NCBI GenBank assembly: GCA_050181195.1
Contig: JBFXDK010000005.1
Span: 629-64,628 of the forward strand
DNA from: Acetobacteraceae bacterium
GTDB taxonomy: Bacteria > Pseudomonadota > Alphaproteobacteria > Acetobacterales > Acetobacteraceae
Direction of reading: 5' to 3'
Length of the DNA: 64,000 bases
The position numbers were made by a program, and so were the translations under genes. The notes under the pieces are model-generated. The model saw nothing but the letters and a program-made list of their open reading frames with translations, ran no database searches and had not been told where the DNA came from. The first letter of the stretch is position 1; every line of letters starts with the position of its first letter. Below, in pieces: positions 37,531 to 48,830 of the stretch.

Positions 37531-38445
37531 ATGCGCGTCACCCAGAAGGTCAAGAAGATCCTCGACTGGTATGAAGGCGACAACCCCGGTGTGAAGGCCA
37601 ATCTCGCCCGGATCCTGTGCACAGGCAAGCTGGGCGGCACCGGCAAGGTGGTGATCCTGCCGGTGGACCAGGGCTTTGAACACGGGCCGGCCCGCAGCTT
37701 CGCGCCGAACCCGGCCGCCTATGATCCGCACTATCACTACCAGCTCGCCATCGAAGCCGGGCTCAACGCCTATGCCGCGCCGCTGGGCATGATCGCCCAG
37801 GGTGCCGACACCTTCGCCGGGCAGATCCCCACCATCCTGAAGGTGAACAACGCCAACAGCCTCGCGACCAACAAGGACCAGGCGGTGACCGCCGGCGTGA
37901 AGGACGCGCTGCGGCTGGGCTGCGCCGCCATCGGTTTCACGATCTATCCGGGCAGCGAATACGCCTTCGCCCAGATGGAGGAACTTCGCGAACTGACGCT
38001 GGAGGCGAAGGACGCCGGTCTCGCCGTCGTCGTGTGGTCGTATCCGCGCGGCCCGAACCTGGACAAGGCGGGTGAGACGGCGGTGGACATCTGCGCCTAT
38101 GCCGCCCAGATGGCCGCGCTGATGGGTGCCAACATCATCAAGGTGAAGCCGCCGACCGCGGTGGTCAGCCTGGAGGCGGCGAAGAAGAGCTACGAGAAGT
38201 TCGATGGTTCGACGATGGCCAAGCGCGTCGCCCATGTCATGCAGGCCTCGTTCAACGGCAAGCGCGTCGTCGTGTTCTCGGGCGGCGAGGCGAAGGACCT
38301 GGACGGCGTGTATGAGGAAGTACGCGGCCTGCGTGATGGCGGCGCCAACGGCTCGATCATCGGCCGCAACACCTTCCAGCGGCCGAAGGAGGTGGCGCTG
38401 GAGATGTTGAACAAGATCATCGACATCTACCAGGGCAAGGCCTGA
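37531..38445 (+). CDS. fbaB: Class I fructose-bisphosphate aldolase (DhnA/FbaB type)
   Basis: [36 protein letters not shown] (Schiff-base Lys) and GSIIGRN motifs. Confidence 0.95.
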   Translation: MRVTQKVKKILDWYEGDNPGVKANLARILCTGKLGGTGKVVILPVDQGFEHGPARSFAPNPAAYDPHYHYQLAIEAGLNAYAAPLGMIAQGADTFAGQIPTILKVNNANSLATNKDQAVTAGVKDALRLGCAAIGFTIYPGSEYAFAQMEELRELTLEAKDAGLAVVVWSYPRGPNLDKAGETAVDICAYAAQMAALMGANIIKVKPPTAVVSLEAAKKSYEKFDGSTMAKRVAHVMQASFNGKRVVVFSGGEAKDLDGVYEEVRGLRDGGANGSIIGRNTFQRPKEVALEMLNKIIDIYQGKA

Positions 38446-38449
38446 TCCC

Positions 38450-39106
38450 ATGCCCCCGATGGATTGCGGCGGCCAGGGCGGCTGCCGCATCTATCTGATC
38501 ACGCCGCCGCGGCTTGATCCGAACGCCTTCGCCGATCGCCTGTCGGCGGCGCTGGACGCGGGCGATGTCGCGGCGGTTCAGCTGCGCCTGAAGGACGTGA
38601 CGGACGACGAATGGAAGCGGGCGATCGATGCGCTGCGCCCCGTCACGCAGTCGCGCGATGTCGCCTTCCTGTTGAACGACCGCGCGGACCTGGTCGTGCC
38701 GACGGGATGCGATGGCGTGCATGTCGGGCAGGACGACATGCCGGCACCCGAAGCCCGCAGGCTGATCGGGCCGGACCTGACGCTGGGCGTGACCTGCAAG
38801 GGCAGCCGCGACCTTGCGATGCGGGCGGGCGAGGATGGAGCGGATTACGTCGCGTTCGGCGCGTTCTTCCCCTCGACAACCAAGGAGGTGAAGAACCTGC
38901 TTGATCCCGAGATCCTGCAATGGTGGTCCGACCTGATGGAACTGCCGAGTTGCGCGATCGGCGGGATCACGGCGGAGAACTGCGCCCCGCTGGTCCGGGC
39001 AGGCACCGATTTCCTGGCCGTGGTCGGCTGCGTCTGGAACCATCCGGACGGGCCGGCGGCAGGCGTGAGGGCGCTGAACGCGGCGATTGCCTCAGCCACG
39101 GGGTGA
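38450..39106 (+). CDS. thiE: Thiamine phosphate synthase
   Basis: [38 protein letters not shown] and AIGGIT motifs. Confidence 0.9.
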   Translation: MPPMDCGGQGGCRIYLITPPRLDPNAFADRLSAALDAGDVAAVQLRLKDVTDDEWKRAIDALRPVTQSRDVAFLLNDRADLVVPTGCDGVHVGQDDMPAPEARRLIGPDLTLGVTCKGSRDLAMRAGEDGADYVAFGAFFPSTTKEVKNLLDPEILQWWSDLMELPSCAIGGITAENCAPLVRAGTDFLAVVGCVWNHPDGPAAGVRALNAAIASATG

Positions 39107-39131
39107 GCGCGACCGCGGGCCGGGTAGGGTA

Positions 39132-41597
39132 TCAGCGTTCGGCGGTCACCAGCCGCGGCTGGGCGCGGGCCGCGGCTTCGGCCGAAACCCGTGCGAGCAC
39201 TTCTTCGAGTTCGTGGAACGCGTAGGGCTTGTTCATCACGGCCTGGAACACGCCAGGCTCGGCATCGTCGATCTCGGAGATATCGGCGTAGCCGGTTGCC
39301 AGGATGATCGGTCCCTGGAAGCCGCGCTCACGCAGGGCCAGGGCCAGGGCCAGTCCGCTCATGGCCGGCATTGCGAAATCCAGCATGACGATGGCGGGCT
39401 GGCGCTCCATGCTGTCCCACACTTCGAGCGCCTGCTGGCCGTTGCGCGCCAAGGTTACGGTGTAGTGCAACTGGCGCAGCATATCCGCCGTGACCTCGAT
39501 CACGTTGGGATCGTCATCGACCAGCAGGATGCTCTCACCACGGCGGGCAAAGGCCGGCGGCGGCGCCTTCCTGGCGGGTTCGGCTTCCTCGGCCGCGCGC
39601 GGCAGCATCAGGGTGAAGGAAGTGCCTTCCCCGACCCGGGTCCAAAGACGGAGCACGCCGCCCGATGCCTGTGCCATGGCCTGGACCTGGCTCAGCCCCA
39701 GCCCGGATCCGGCCTCTCCCTTGGTGGTGAAGAACGGCTCAAGGGCGCGGCGTGAGACCTCCTCGGTCATGCCGGATCCTGTGTCGCTGACGGTGATCGA
39801 GACATAGTCGCCGGGCCGGATGTCATGCCCTTGCTCCGCTTGCACGATGTTGGATGTTCTGATGGTCAGCGTGCCGCCATCAGGCATCGCATCCCGCGCG
39901 TTGAGTGTCAGGTTGAGCAGCGCCGCCTCGACCTGGTTCGGTTCGGCCATAGCCATCCAGAGATCCTTGGCCAGGACCGTGCGGATCTCGATCCGATGGC
40001 CCAGGCGCGTGGCGCCGAACAGGGCGGTCATGTCCTCGATCAGGCGGTTGACGTCGGTGGCGCGTACCGAAAGGCGCCTACGGCGGGAGAATGCGAGCAG
40101 ACGGTTGGTCAGGTGCGCGCCGCGCGTGACGGCGCCCTGGGCCCGTTCGACCCAGCCGTGCTCCTTGCGGCAGGTCCGCGGCATGGTGCGGGCCAGCATG
40201 TCCAGGCTGCCCTGGATGATCGCAAGCAGGTTGTTAAAGTCGTGCGCGATGCCGCCGGCGAGCTGGCCCGCGCCCAGCAGCTTCTGGGATTGCACCAGGG
40301 CGGCCTCGGTGTTGTGCCGTTCCTCGATTTCGACATGCAGCCGGTTGTTGGTGACCAGCAGCTGCCGTGTCCGTTCCTCGACCTCGGCCTGCATGCGTTC
40401 CGCGTCGCGGCGCAGTGCTTCCTGTCGGCGGCCCAGGGCTTCCGCCATCCGGTTGCAGGCGTTAGCGATCAGGCCGAACTCTGAGCGCTGGTCGGCGCTG
40501 GGCGCCCGCGCGCTCAGATCCCCCTCCTGCCAGCGCCGGGTTGCCTCCAGAAGCGCGTTGGTTGGTCTGGTGATGAAGCGGCGCGCGACCAGCCAGGTGA
40601 GGATGACGGCTGCGGCGGTGGTCGCGATCAGCATCAGTGCGCCGTGCCCCAGCGCGACCCGCAGGTCGTTCATCAGTTCCGGTTCATAGAATCCGACCGC
40701 GGTCGCCAGACTATAGGTGGCCGGCGCCGGCGGGACATAGCCGACCGTCCGTTCGGTTCCGTCGATGCTCTTCAGCCGGATAAAACCCGGCTGCTTTTCA
40801 TTGATGATCGAAATGGCGTTGGGCGGCAGGATTTTGCCCACGAACCTGGCGGGTTCGGGAGACCGACCCAGGATCACCCCCTTCTGGTCGAAGATCGTCA
40901 GCACGCCACGGGATTCGAAGGAGAGGCCGGATTGCCGCAGATTGTGCAGGTGCTCCGACAGCCAGGTCAGGTCGAGGGCGGCGACCAGCGTCGCGGTCCG
41001 GCCGTCCGGTCCGGAGGGCAGCGGGAAAAAATAGGGCAGGAACCCGCCGGGGTATTCGGGGGATTGAGCGAAATGGCCGGCGGTGAACTTCGGGGCGGCC
41101 TTCGCGTCGGCGATCCAGCTGGCCCCATCATCCCGTGCCGGGGCGGGCTCCGACGCACAGGCTATACGGCCTTCCCCATCCACCAGCGCCACGAAAGCGA
41201 AGCTCGGCGCGTTCCGGCGCACCTTCGTGAGGCGGGCGTCGCATTCGGCGGACGGCGTCATCAGCGGATGCAACTCCGCCGCGGTGCTCAGCAGGATTCG
41301 CGCGCCCTCGGAGATGCTGTACATGTTGCCGGCCAGCAGCTCTGCCTGCTGGGTCGCGAGCTTCCACAGGTCCTGCTTTCGCTCGGTCCATTGCGTGAAG
41401 CTGACGGCGATATGCAGGGCGATGGTTGGAACGAGGCAGGTTGCAATGATCAGCATCAAACGGAAGGAGAGTGGCATCCCCTTCGTCCGATGCAGCCAAT
41501 GGGATAGGACACGCGGCGTCGATTTCCGCAGCATGGCCAGCCATGACCCGACTTGTGATGCCAAAGCCTTCATCGGATCGGGATCGATCCCCCTCAC
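39132..41597 (-). CDS. Hybrid sensor histidine kinase (TM-Cache-like periplasmic domain-TM-HAMP-HisKA-HATPase-REC)
   Basis: Two TM segments, HAMP region, AGGIAHDFNNLL (H box), NLTLNARDAM, SDTGSGM, EPFFTTKG..GSGLGL and REC motifs LVDDD...MLDFAMP. Start uncertain (41597 to 41477). Confidence 0.92.
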   Translation of the reverse strand: MRGIDPDPMKALASQVGSWLAMLRKSTPRVLSHWLHRTKGMPLSFRLMLIIATCLVPTIALHIAVSFTQWTERKQDLWKLATQQAELLAGNMYSISEGARILLSTAAELHPLMTPSAECDARLTKVRRNAPSFAFVALVDGEGRIACASEPAPARDDGASWIADAKAAPKFTAGHFAQSPEYPGGFLPYFFPLPSGPDGRTATLVAALDLTWLSEHLHNLRQSGLSFESRGVLTIFDQKGVILGRSPEPARFVGKILPPNAISIINEKQPGFIRLKSIDGTERTVGYVPPAPATYSLATAVGFYEPELMNDLRVALGHGALMLIATTAAAVILTWLVARRFITRPTNALLEATRRWQEGDLSARAPSADQRSEFGLIANACNRMAEALGRRQEALRRDAERMQAEVEERTRQLLVTNNRLHVEIEERHNTEAALVQSQKLLGAGQLAGGIAHDFNNLLAIIQGSLDMLARTMPRTCRKEHGWVERAQGAVTRGAHLTNRLLAFSRRRRLSVRATDVNRLIEDMTALFGATRLGHRIEIRTVLAKDLWMAMAEPNQVEAALLNLTLNARDAMPDGGTLTIRTSNIVQAEQGHDIRPGDYVSITVSDTGSGMTEEVSRRALEPFFTTKGEAGSGLGLSQVQAMAQASGGVLRLWTRVGEGTSFTLMLPRAAEEAEPARKAPPPAFARRGESILLVDDDPNVIEVTADMLRQLHYTVTLARNGQQALEVWDSMERQPAIVMLDFAMPAMSGLALALALRERGFQGPIILATGYADISEIDDAEPGVFQAVMNKPYAFHELEEVLARVSAEAAARAQPRLVTAER

Positions 41598-41853
41598 TCA
41601 ATAACCGGCGGAGATTCGTTGCGTAATTCCCATTGTCGTCGGGATTACCGCAATTCTCCCGCGCATTTGACGATGGACCTTACCGGCAGCCCTTTTCGTA
41701 CGTGAGTCGAAAATTCTGGTGTCACGATTTATTGAAGGATATTCTGAAATAATACCGGAATCGACCAAAGAAAATTCAGAGTGTGCGACTGAAGCCTTTA
41801 CGTAAGGGTTCGCTTGTCGCAGAAGGCGCCTGGCTTCGCTAAAGGCGATGCCA

Positions 41854-42291
41854 TTACGTAATGTCCGGGCATCCGAGTCGCATGACGTGTCGCCCGCCGT
41901 GACATTCCAATACAATCAGTTTCGTGGGGCGTCCCGGGCGCAGCGCCACGACCGCCGCCTGGCGGAACCGGCGGGCGACCGGCAGGATCGCGCGCAGCGG
42001 CGCCAGGACCAGCACGTGTTCCTCATGCCACGCCCCCAGCCGTCCCTCGGCCGGCAGCAACCGGTCGCGGTGCAGCGCCTGGCGCAGGTTCGCCTGCATG
42101 CGGTGGTTCCAGCCGGCGGGCATGCGGCGGGAGAGCGGATTCCAGGCGGTGACCAGGATCCCCTCCTGCGCGCCGGATCGCCGTAGCAGGGCGTCGGCGG
42201 CCCGGGATCGAGAGCCGAGGCGAATGGGGATGCCCGGCACCGCGTACGTCGTCGCGCGATAGGCCCGCAGCAGGCGGGGCGATACCGTCAC
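41854..42291 (-). CDS. DUF3293 domain protein
   Basis: LLRAYRATTY, LVTAWNPLS, WHEEHVLV and ARRFRQAAVV. The GTG start overlaps the rodA stop (GTGA). This is the C-terminal part of track ORF 41854..43020. Confidence 0.78.
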   Translation of the reverse strand: MTVSPRLLRAYRATTYAVPGIPIRLGSRSRAADALLRRSGAQEGILVTAWNPLSRRMPAGWNHRMQANLRQALHRDRLLPAEGRLGAWHEEHVLVLAPLRAILPVARRFRQAAVVALRPGRPTKLIVLECHGGRHVMRLGCPDIT

Positions 42292-43433
42292 CGCGAATCG
42301 GAGGGGTGCGCGAACGCGACGTCGCGATGGACATGGACCGACATGAGAATGCCGAACCCGATCATCACCGTGATCACCGCTGAACCGCCGTGCGAGACCA
42401 GTGGCAGCGGCACGCCGCCTACCGGGATCGCGCCCATTACCATGGCGATGTTGACGAACACGTAGAGAAAGAAATTGCAGGTGATGCCCAGAGCGACGAG
42501 GCGGCCAAACTGGTGCCGGCAGCGCAGCGCGATCAGCATGCCGCCCAGGATGATCAGCGTCAGCAGCGCCATCAGCGCGAGCGCGCCGACGAGGCCGAAC
42601 TCCTCGCCGATCATGGTGAAGATGAAGTCGGTCTGCTTTTCCGGCAGGAAGTCGAGATGGCCCTGGGTGCCCTGGAGGTAGCCCTTGCCCCAGAGCCCGC
42701 CCGAGCCGAGGGCGATCTTCGACTGGATGATGTTGTAGCCGGCCCCCAGCGGATCGGATTCCGGGTGCAGGAAGGTGTCGATCCGGGCGCGCTGGTAGTC
42801 GTGCAGATGCACATAGGCGATGCGCGCGACGAATGGGACGGGCAGGGCGACCAGCAGGAACTTCCACCAGCGCACGCCGGCGGCGACAAAGACGGATGCA
42901 CTCAGCAGGCAGGTGATCATCGCCGTGCCAAGGTTGGGCTGCTTCAGGATCAGCAGAGCCGGGACGGCGACGGCGATCACCGGCGGGATCAGGAAGAACG
43001 GATTGCCGATCCGTTCCCACGACGCGCGGTGGAACCAGGAGGCGAGGGCGAGCACGAGGGCGATCTTCATCAGTTCCGAAGGCTGCAACTGAATGCCGCC
43101 GAGGTCGATCCAGCGTTGCGCGCCTTTTCCGACATGGCCCATGTACATGACCGCCACCAGCAGCCCGACGCAGCCGAAATAGGCGGGCCAGGCGAGGCGG
43201 GCGATGAAGCGGATGTCGATCAGCGCGATCGCCAGCATCATCACCGCGCCGAAGCCGAAGCGCAGGGCATGTCGCGCGGCGTAGGGTTCCTGCGCTCCGC
43301 CTGCGGCGCTGTAGAGCGCGGTGTAGCCGACCGCGGCCAGCGCGCAGAGCAACAGCACGTACAGCCAGTTGATCTGCAGGAACTTGGCGGTGAGATCGAA
43401 GGTGGGTTCACGCCACAGGCGGCGCTGCATCAT
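42288..43433 (-). CDS. rodA: Rod shape-determining protein RodA (SEDS)
   Basis: GAQRWI, QPSELMK, KQPNLGT, FLPEKQTDFIF and PLPLVSHGGS motifs. Confidence 0.96.
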   Translation of the reverse strand: MMQRRLWREPTFDLTAKFLQINWLYVLLLCALAAVGYTALYSAAGGAQEPYAARHALRFGFGAVMMLAIALIDIRFIARLAWPAYFGCVGLLVAVMYMGHVGKGAQRWIDLGGIQLQPSELMKIALVLALASWFHRASWERIGNPFFLIPPVIAVAVPALLILKQPNLGTAMITCLLSASVFVAAGVRWWKFLLVALPVPFVARIAYVHLHDYQRARIDTFLHPESDPLGAGYNIIQSKIALGSGGLWGKGYLQGTQGHLDFLPEKQTDFIFTMIGEEFGLVGALALMALLTLIILGGMLIALRCRHQFGRLVALGITCNFFLYVFVNIAMVMGAIPVGGVPLPLVSHGGSAVITVMIGFGILMSVHVHRDVAFAHPSDSR

Positions 43434-45295
43434 GTCTTGGCCTGCGCGATGCGGGGCGGCGGCGCTTCGTTGCGGTTGGCGGGATCGCGGTACATGACCT
43501 CGGCCATGATGTCGCGCGCGATCGGCGCGGCGGAAGCGGCGCCGGCATTGCCGTGCTCGACGACCACCGAGAGCGCGTAGCGCGGGCTGTCATAGGGAGC
43601 ATAGGCAACGAACAGCGCATGCGGGCGGAACTCCCACGGCAGCTTCTGGCTGTCGAACCGCCCGCTTTCGCGCATCTCGCGCGACACGCGCCGCACCTGC
43701 GAAGAGCCGGTCTTGCCGGCCATCTGCCAGCGCGGGTCGGGCAGCTTGGCGATCGGCGCGGTGCCGCCCTGTTCGTTCACCACGGCCCACATGCCTTCCC
43801 GGATGATCTGCATCGCGCGTTCCGGCAAGGCCAGCGCCGGCCAGTCCCCCGCGTGCGCGCCCCGCTGCAGCACGCCGCCCAGCTTGCGGGTCAGATGCGG
43901 TTGCACGGCGCGCCCGCTGGCCAGCCGAGCGGCAAAGGTGGCGAGTTGCAGCGGCGTGACCTGGATGTAGCCCTGGCCGATGCCACTGACGATGGTATCG
44001 CCGACATTCCAGGCATGGCCGCGTCGGGTGCGCCAGTCGCGCATGGGGACGAGCCCTCTGCGCTGGCCCGGCAGGTCGAGATCGAGTTCGACCCCCATGC
44101 CGAGCCGGTGTGCCATTGCGGCGATCCGGTCCATGCCGGTGCGGCGTGCGACCTCATAGAAGTAGACATCGCAGCTCAGCTTCAGGGCCGTCCTGAGGTC
44201 GACCATGCCGTGGCCGCCGCGGCGCCAGCAGTGAAATCGCGTGTCGCCCAGGTCCAGATGGCCCGGGCATTCGACGCGATCCCATGGCGTGACCGTCTTG
44301 GCGTCGAGTGCGGCAAGGGCAACCGCCATCTTGAACGTCGATCCCGGCGCATACACCCCGGCGATCGCCTTGTTGATCAGCGGCGTGCGGCGATCGCGGG
44401 TCCATTCCCGCCACTGCGCCTGCGAGACGCCCGCGTTGAACAGCGTGGGATCGAAGGACGGGTTGGTCGCCATCGCCAGGACCTCCCCGGTGCGGCAGTC
44501 CATCACCACGGCGCTGGCGCTCTCGTCGCCCAGACGGTTGAGCGCATAGCGCTGCAGGCCGGCGTCGATCGTCAGTCCGACATCCTCGCCCTGCATGCCT
44601 TCCTGGCGGTCGAGTTCGCGGATCACCCGCCCCAGCGCGTTCACTTCCAGCTGCACCGCGCCGGCGCGCCCGCGCAGCGCGAGGTCGTGGTATTTCTCCA
44701 CCCCCGCGCGCCCGATCCGCAGGCCGGGAAGGGCCAGCAGCGGATCGTCGGCGACATCGGACTCGTTCGGTGGTGCGACATACCCGACGACATGCGCGAG
44801 CTCGTCGCCGAACGGATAGAGCCGCGTGGTGCCGACATCGACGACGATGCCCGGCAGGTCGGGCGCGTTGACACCGATCCGCGCCATGTCCTCCCAGGTT
44901 AGGAATTCCCGCACCATCACCGGGATGAAGCGGCGCCGGCGGTTGCATTCCCGCTCGATCCGCGCGCGTTCGTAGTCGGTGAGTGACACGATGCGGGAGA
45001 AAGCCTCCAGCGTCGCCTGGATGTCGTTCGTCTGTTCGGCGACCAGCAGTGCCCGCCAGTTGATGCGGCTTCCGGCGAGCACCGTCCCGAAGCGGTCCAG
45101 CACGCGCCCACGGGGCGGGGCGATCATGCGCGCGCTGATGCGGTTCTCATCCGCCAGCGTGGCGTATCGGTCGCCCTCCAGCACCTGCACCTGGTACAGC
45201 CGTGCCGCCAGCCCGCCCAGCACGGTGACCTGCCCGCCCATCAGCAGGAGCGCCCGGCGCGTGAAGACATTGGTCCGGCGCGTGTCGCGTCTCAT
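43430..45295 (-). CDS. mrdA: Penicillin-binding protein 2
   Basis: PPRGRVLDR, PGSTFK (SxxK), SCDVYFY and AGKTGS motifs. Start at ATG 45295. Confidence 0.95.
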   Translation of the reverse strand: MRRDTRRTNVFTRRALLLMGGQVTVLGGLAARLYQVQVLEGDRYATLADENRISARMIAPPRGRVLDRFGTVLAGSRINWRALLVAEQTNDIQATLEAFSRIVSLTDYERARIERECNRRRRFIPVMVREFLTWEDMARIGVNAPDLPGIVVDVGTTRLYPFGDELAHVVGYVAPPNESDVADDPLLALPGLRIGRAGVEKYHDLALRGRAGAVQLEVNALGRVIRELDRQEGMQGEDVGLTIDAGLQRYALNRLGDESASAVVMDCRTGEVLAMATNPSFDPTLFNAGVSQAQWREWTRDRRTPLINKAIAGVYAPGSTFKMAVALAALDAKTVTPWDRVECPGHLDLGDTRFHCWRRGGHGMVDLRTALKLSCDVYFYEVARRTGMDRIAAMAHRLGMGVELDLDLPGQRRGLVPMRDWRTRRGHAWNVGDTIVSGIGQGYIQVTPLQLATFAARLASGRAVQPHLTRKLGGVLQRGAHAGDWPALALPERAMQIIREGMWAVVNEQGGTAPIAKLPDPRWQMAGKTGSSQVRRVSREMRESGRFDSQKLPWEFRPHALFVAYAPYDSPRYALSVVVEHGNAGAASAAPIARDIMAEVMYRDPANRNEAPPPRIAQAKT

Positions 45296-45846
45296 GCCTG
45301 ATCGGGATCCGCGACCGTGTTGTGTGCGCGCAGCAGCGCCATCGCCATCAGCGGGTAGAGCGCGGCGGTGATCCCGGCCTGGAACAGCATGACGACGGGG
45401 GAGAGAAAGCGAAAGGTCAGCAGCGACGTGAGCACCCAGATCAGCGCGGCGGCGCCAACGGACATGCAGGTGAAAGCGACCGCGATCAGGGGGAGGCCCT
45501 GCTGCAACAGGAAGCGGCGGAAGCGCAGCGCCAGGCCGTGGGTGATCAGCAGGGCCAGAACGCCGGTGCCCGGGGGCAGGTAGCCGCGCAGGTCCAGCAG
45601 CAGTCCGATCAGGAACACGACGGGCGGCGGCATGGCGGCGGGGCGGTACAGCGACCAGAACCAGACGCTGATCAGCGTCACCGCCGGCAGGAAGAAGGCT
45701 TGCGCCGGCAGCTTCAACGGCAGGTCCATGAACAGCATTGCCAGGACGGTCAGGGACGCCGGAAACGCATGCCGTGCGGCGATGTTCAGCCGCCGGCGAA
45801 CCGTCAGCTCCGGCCGGATGCCCGGTGTCCGGTCGCTGTGCGCCAT
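45292..45846 (-). CDS. mreD: Rod shape-determining protein MreD
   Basis: Hydrophobic membrane protein (VWFWSLYRP, FLIGLLLDL) located between mreC and mrdA. Confidence 0.88.
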   Translation of the reverse strand: MAHSDRTPGIRPELTVRRRLNIAARHAFPASLTVLAMLFMDLPLKLPAQAFFLPAVTLISVWFWSLYRPAAMPPPVVFLIGLLLDLRGYLPPGTGVLALLITHGLALRFRRFLLQQGLPLIAVAFTCMSVGAAALIWVLTSLLTFRFLSPVVMLFQAGITAALYPLMAMALLRAHNTVADPDQA

Positions 45847-46706
45847 CAGTGCCGTCCCGGTGTCCGCCGTGGCGGCGGCTCCGGCGCGGGCAGGCCGCCA
45901 AGGCCATAATCGAACACGCGGACGACTTCCAGCTTGCCGAGTTGTGCCTCGGGCTCCACCTCGGGCACCCCGCCGGCGCTGTAGCGCACCGTGCCGACCG
46001 GCAGGTTGGCCGGGAATGCGTTGGCCTCGGCGCTGGTGACGATGCGCTCTCCTTCCTGCGGCACAACGCCCTCGGGCCAGTACAGCAGCCGGGGGCGCAA
46101 GGCGTTGGTGCCGACCAGGATCGCGCGCGCCCGCGAATTCTCCAGGATGACCGGGATCCGGCTGTTGAGGTCGGTGATCAGCAGGACGCGGGCGGTGCGG
46201 ACGCCGAGTTCGGTGATGCGACCGACCAGTCCCCGTTCATCGAGGGCGACCGAACCCTTGCGCACCTCGTGGTACGGACCGATGGAGAGCAGGACGGCCC
46301 GGGCGTAGAGGCCGCCAGCGTCGGCCACCACGCGGGCGGTGATGAATTCAGCCGGCGGGTCCGGAATCCAGCGGAGATTGGCCTTGAGCCGCTCATTCTC
46401 GGCGTCCAGCGCCAGCGCGGTTGCCTGCCAGCGGCGCAGCGCCTCGTTCTCCTGCCGCAGGCGGGCATTTTCCGAGCGAAGGTCCCAGAGGTGGCCGATT
46501 TCGGTGGTGATGGAACGGACCCCGGCGACGGGTTCGGCCAGCAGCGCATAGATGGGCGCCAAGGCGTCGGCCAGTGCGACCCGGGCACGATCTGCCAGCA
46601 CCGCATCGGCCTTGCCAAGCAACATGAGGCCGAAGGACGCGACGATGAGCACCGGCAAGGTGAGTTTGGCGAGCGCCTGACGAGCCTGGATGGAGAGGCG
46701 GAGCAT
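45846..46706 (-). CDS. mreC: Rod shape-determining protein MreC
   Basis: N-terminal TM segment, coiled coil (ENARLRQEN), GLVGRI and RVLLITDLNSRIPV. Confidence 0.94.
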   Translation of the reverse strand: MLRLSIQARQALAKLTLPVLIVASFGLMLLGKADAVLADRARVALADALAPIYALLAEPVAGVRSITTEIGHLWDLRSENARLRQENEALRRWQATALALDAENERLKANLRWIPDPPAEFITARVVADAGGLYARAVLLSIGPYHEVRKGSVALDERGLVGRITELGVRTARVLLITDLNSRIPVILENSRARAILVGTNALRPRLLYWPEGVVPQEGERIVTSAEANAFPANLPVGTVRYSAGGVPEVEPEAQLGKLEVVRVFDYGLGGLPAPEPPPRRTPGRH

Positions 46707-46873
46707 CACGATCCAGTTATCAGAAATGAGTCGCTTTGGCACCGTCTCAACTGCGATCGGTGCGTGATTCTTTCACGACGGCACGCAACGGCCAGTTGCA
46801 AAGTTGCAATCCAGCCCGCGGTGACGAGCAGTGGCGGGATGGGCTACTAGAAAGGGATGGAAGCGCGCGGGGC

Positions 46874-47929
<1,056 letters not shown>

Positions 47930-48126
47930 CTATCGTTCCGGGAGAGGACGGCGAGGCGGATCGGCACCGGTCCGCGCAACGATTCTCTAGCCGCGCGCGT
48001 TGAGGTTCACAAGGGGGCCGTCAACGGGATGGTGATCCGGCGCCTCGCGAACGCCACGATTTTGCCACCCCGTTGCACGGATCGCAGGCCAGTTGTGCCG
48101 AATGTTTCAACTAAGGAGGATTCAGG

Positions 48127-48342
48127 ATGAAGCGGACGATGGCGATCAGCCTGGGTGCGGTGATGCTGGCCCTGGGGCTTGCCGCATGCGGCGCCGACCC
48201 GGTGACGCGCGGCGTCAGCGGCGGCCTGCTGGGTGCCGGCGCGGGTGCCGGCGTATCGGCGGTCACTGGCGGGCGGCCGGCCACGGGGGCAGCGATCGGC
48301 GCGGGCGCCGGTGCGCTGGGCGGCGCGCTGACGGCCCACTGA
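48127..48342 (+). CDS. Small glycine-zipper lipoprotein
   Basis: AAGGAGGA RBS, lipobox LAAC and GxxxG zippers (GAGAGAG..GAAIGAGAGALGG). Confidence 0.82.
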   Translation: MKRTMAISLGAVMLALGLAACGADPVTRGVSGGLLGAGAGAGVSAVTGGRPATGAAIGAGAGALGGALTAH

Positions 48343-48376
48343 GCCCTGCAGCCAGTCAGATGAAAGGACTCTGAAG

Positions 48377-48625
48377 ATGCGACGCGGAGTAACAATGGCT
48401 CTGTTGCTGGCCGGCCTGGCCGGGGGGCTGACGGGATGTGGCTACAGCACGACGGATCGTGCCCTATCCGGCGGCGCGCTGGGCGCTGGCGGTGGCGCGG
48501 CGGTAGGCGCGCTGACGGGAGGATCGCCGCTGACCGGTGCCGCGATCGGTGCGGGCGCCGGCGCGCTGGGCGGCGCGCTGACCAGCGGTAACGATGTCAA
48601 TCTGGGACGGCCGGTCTGGCGCTAG
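48377..48625 (+). CDS. Small glycine-zipper lipoprotein (paralog of the upstream gene)
   Basis: Lipobox LTGC, DRALSGGALGAGGGAAVG, GAAIGAGAGALGGALT and VNLGRPVWR tail. Confidence 0.82.
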   Translation: MRRGVTMALLLAGLAGGLTGCGYSTTDRALSGGALGAGGGAAVGALTGGSPLTGAAIGAGAGALGGALTSGNDVNLGRPVWR

Positions 48626-48660
48626 AGACCGTCCCGTCAGCCGGATGATGGTCGAGATCC

Positions 48661-48687
48661 GGAACGGTTTCGTCCACTGCGGCTGTT
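48661..48687 (+). promoter_or_regulatory. Putative EcfG (sigmaT/RpoE2) general-stress promoter for glgA
   Basis: GGAAC-N17-CTGTT. A similarly spaced CGAAC-N17-CCGTT lies at 48048-48074, before the lipoprotein pair. Confidence 0.5.
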
Positions 48688-48830
48688 CATGATAACAGTA
48701 GATTGCGTTGCCGGCATCAAGTCGCGACCCGACATGCGTATGGGTTTCGGCTCGATGCCGCCGGGGCCTTGTGGGCTGTCTCTCCGTGACGCGTGTCCGT
48801 TACGGATCCGGTCCTGTACCCGGGAGAGCG

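Noticed and set aside
46794-46810. TTGCAA-AG-TTGCAA direct repeat between mreB and mreC
   Set aside because: Short, and plausibly just a -35 element of an internal mreC promoter. There is no independent support.
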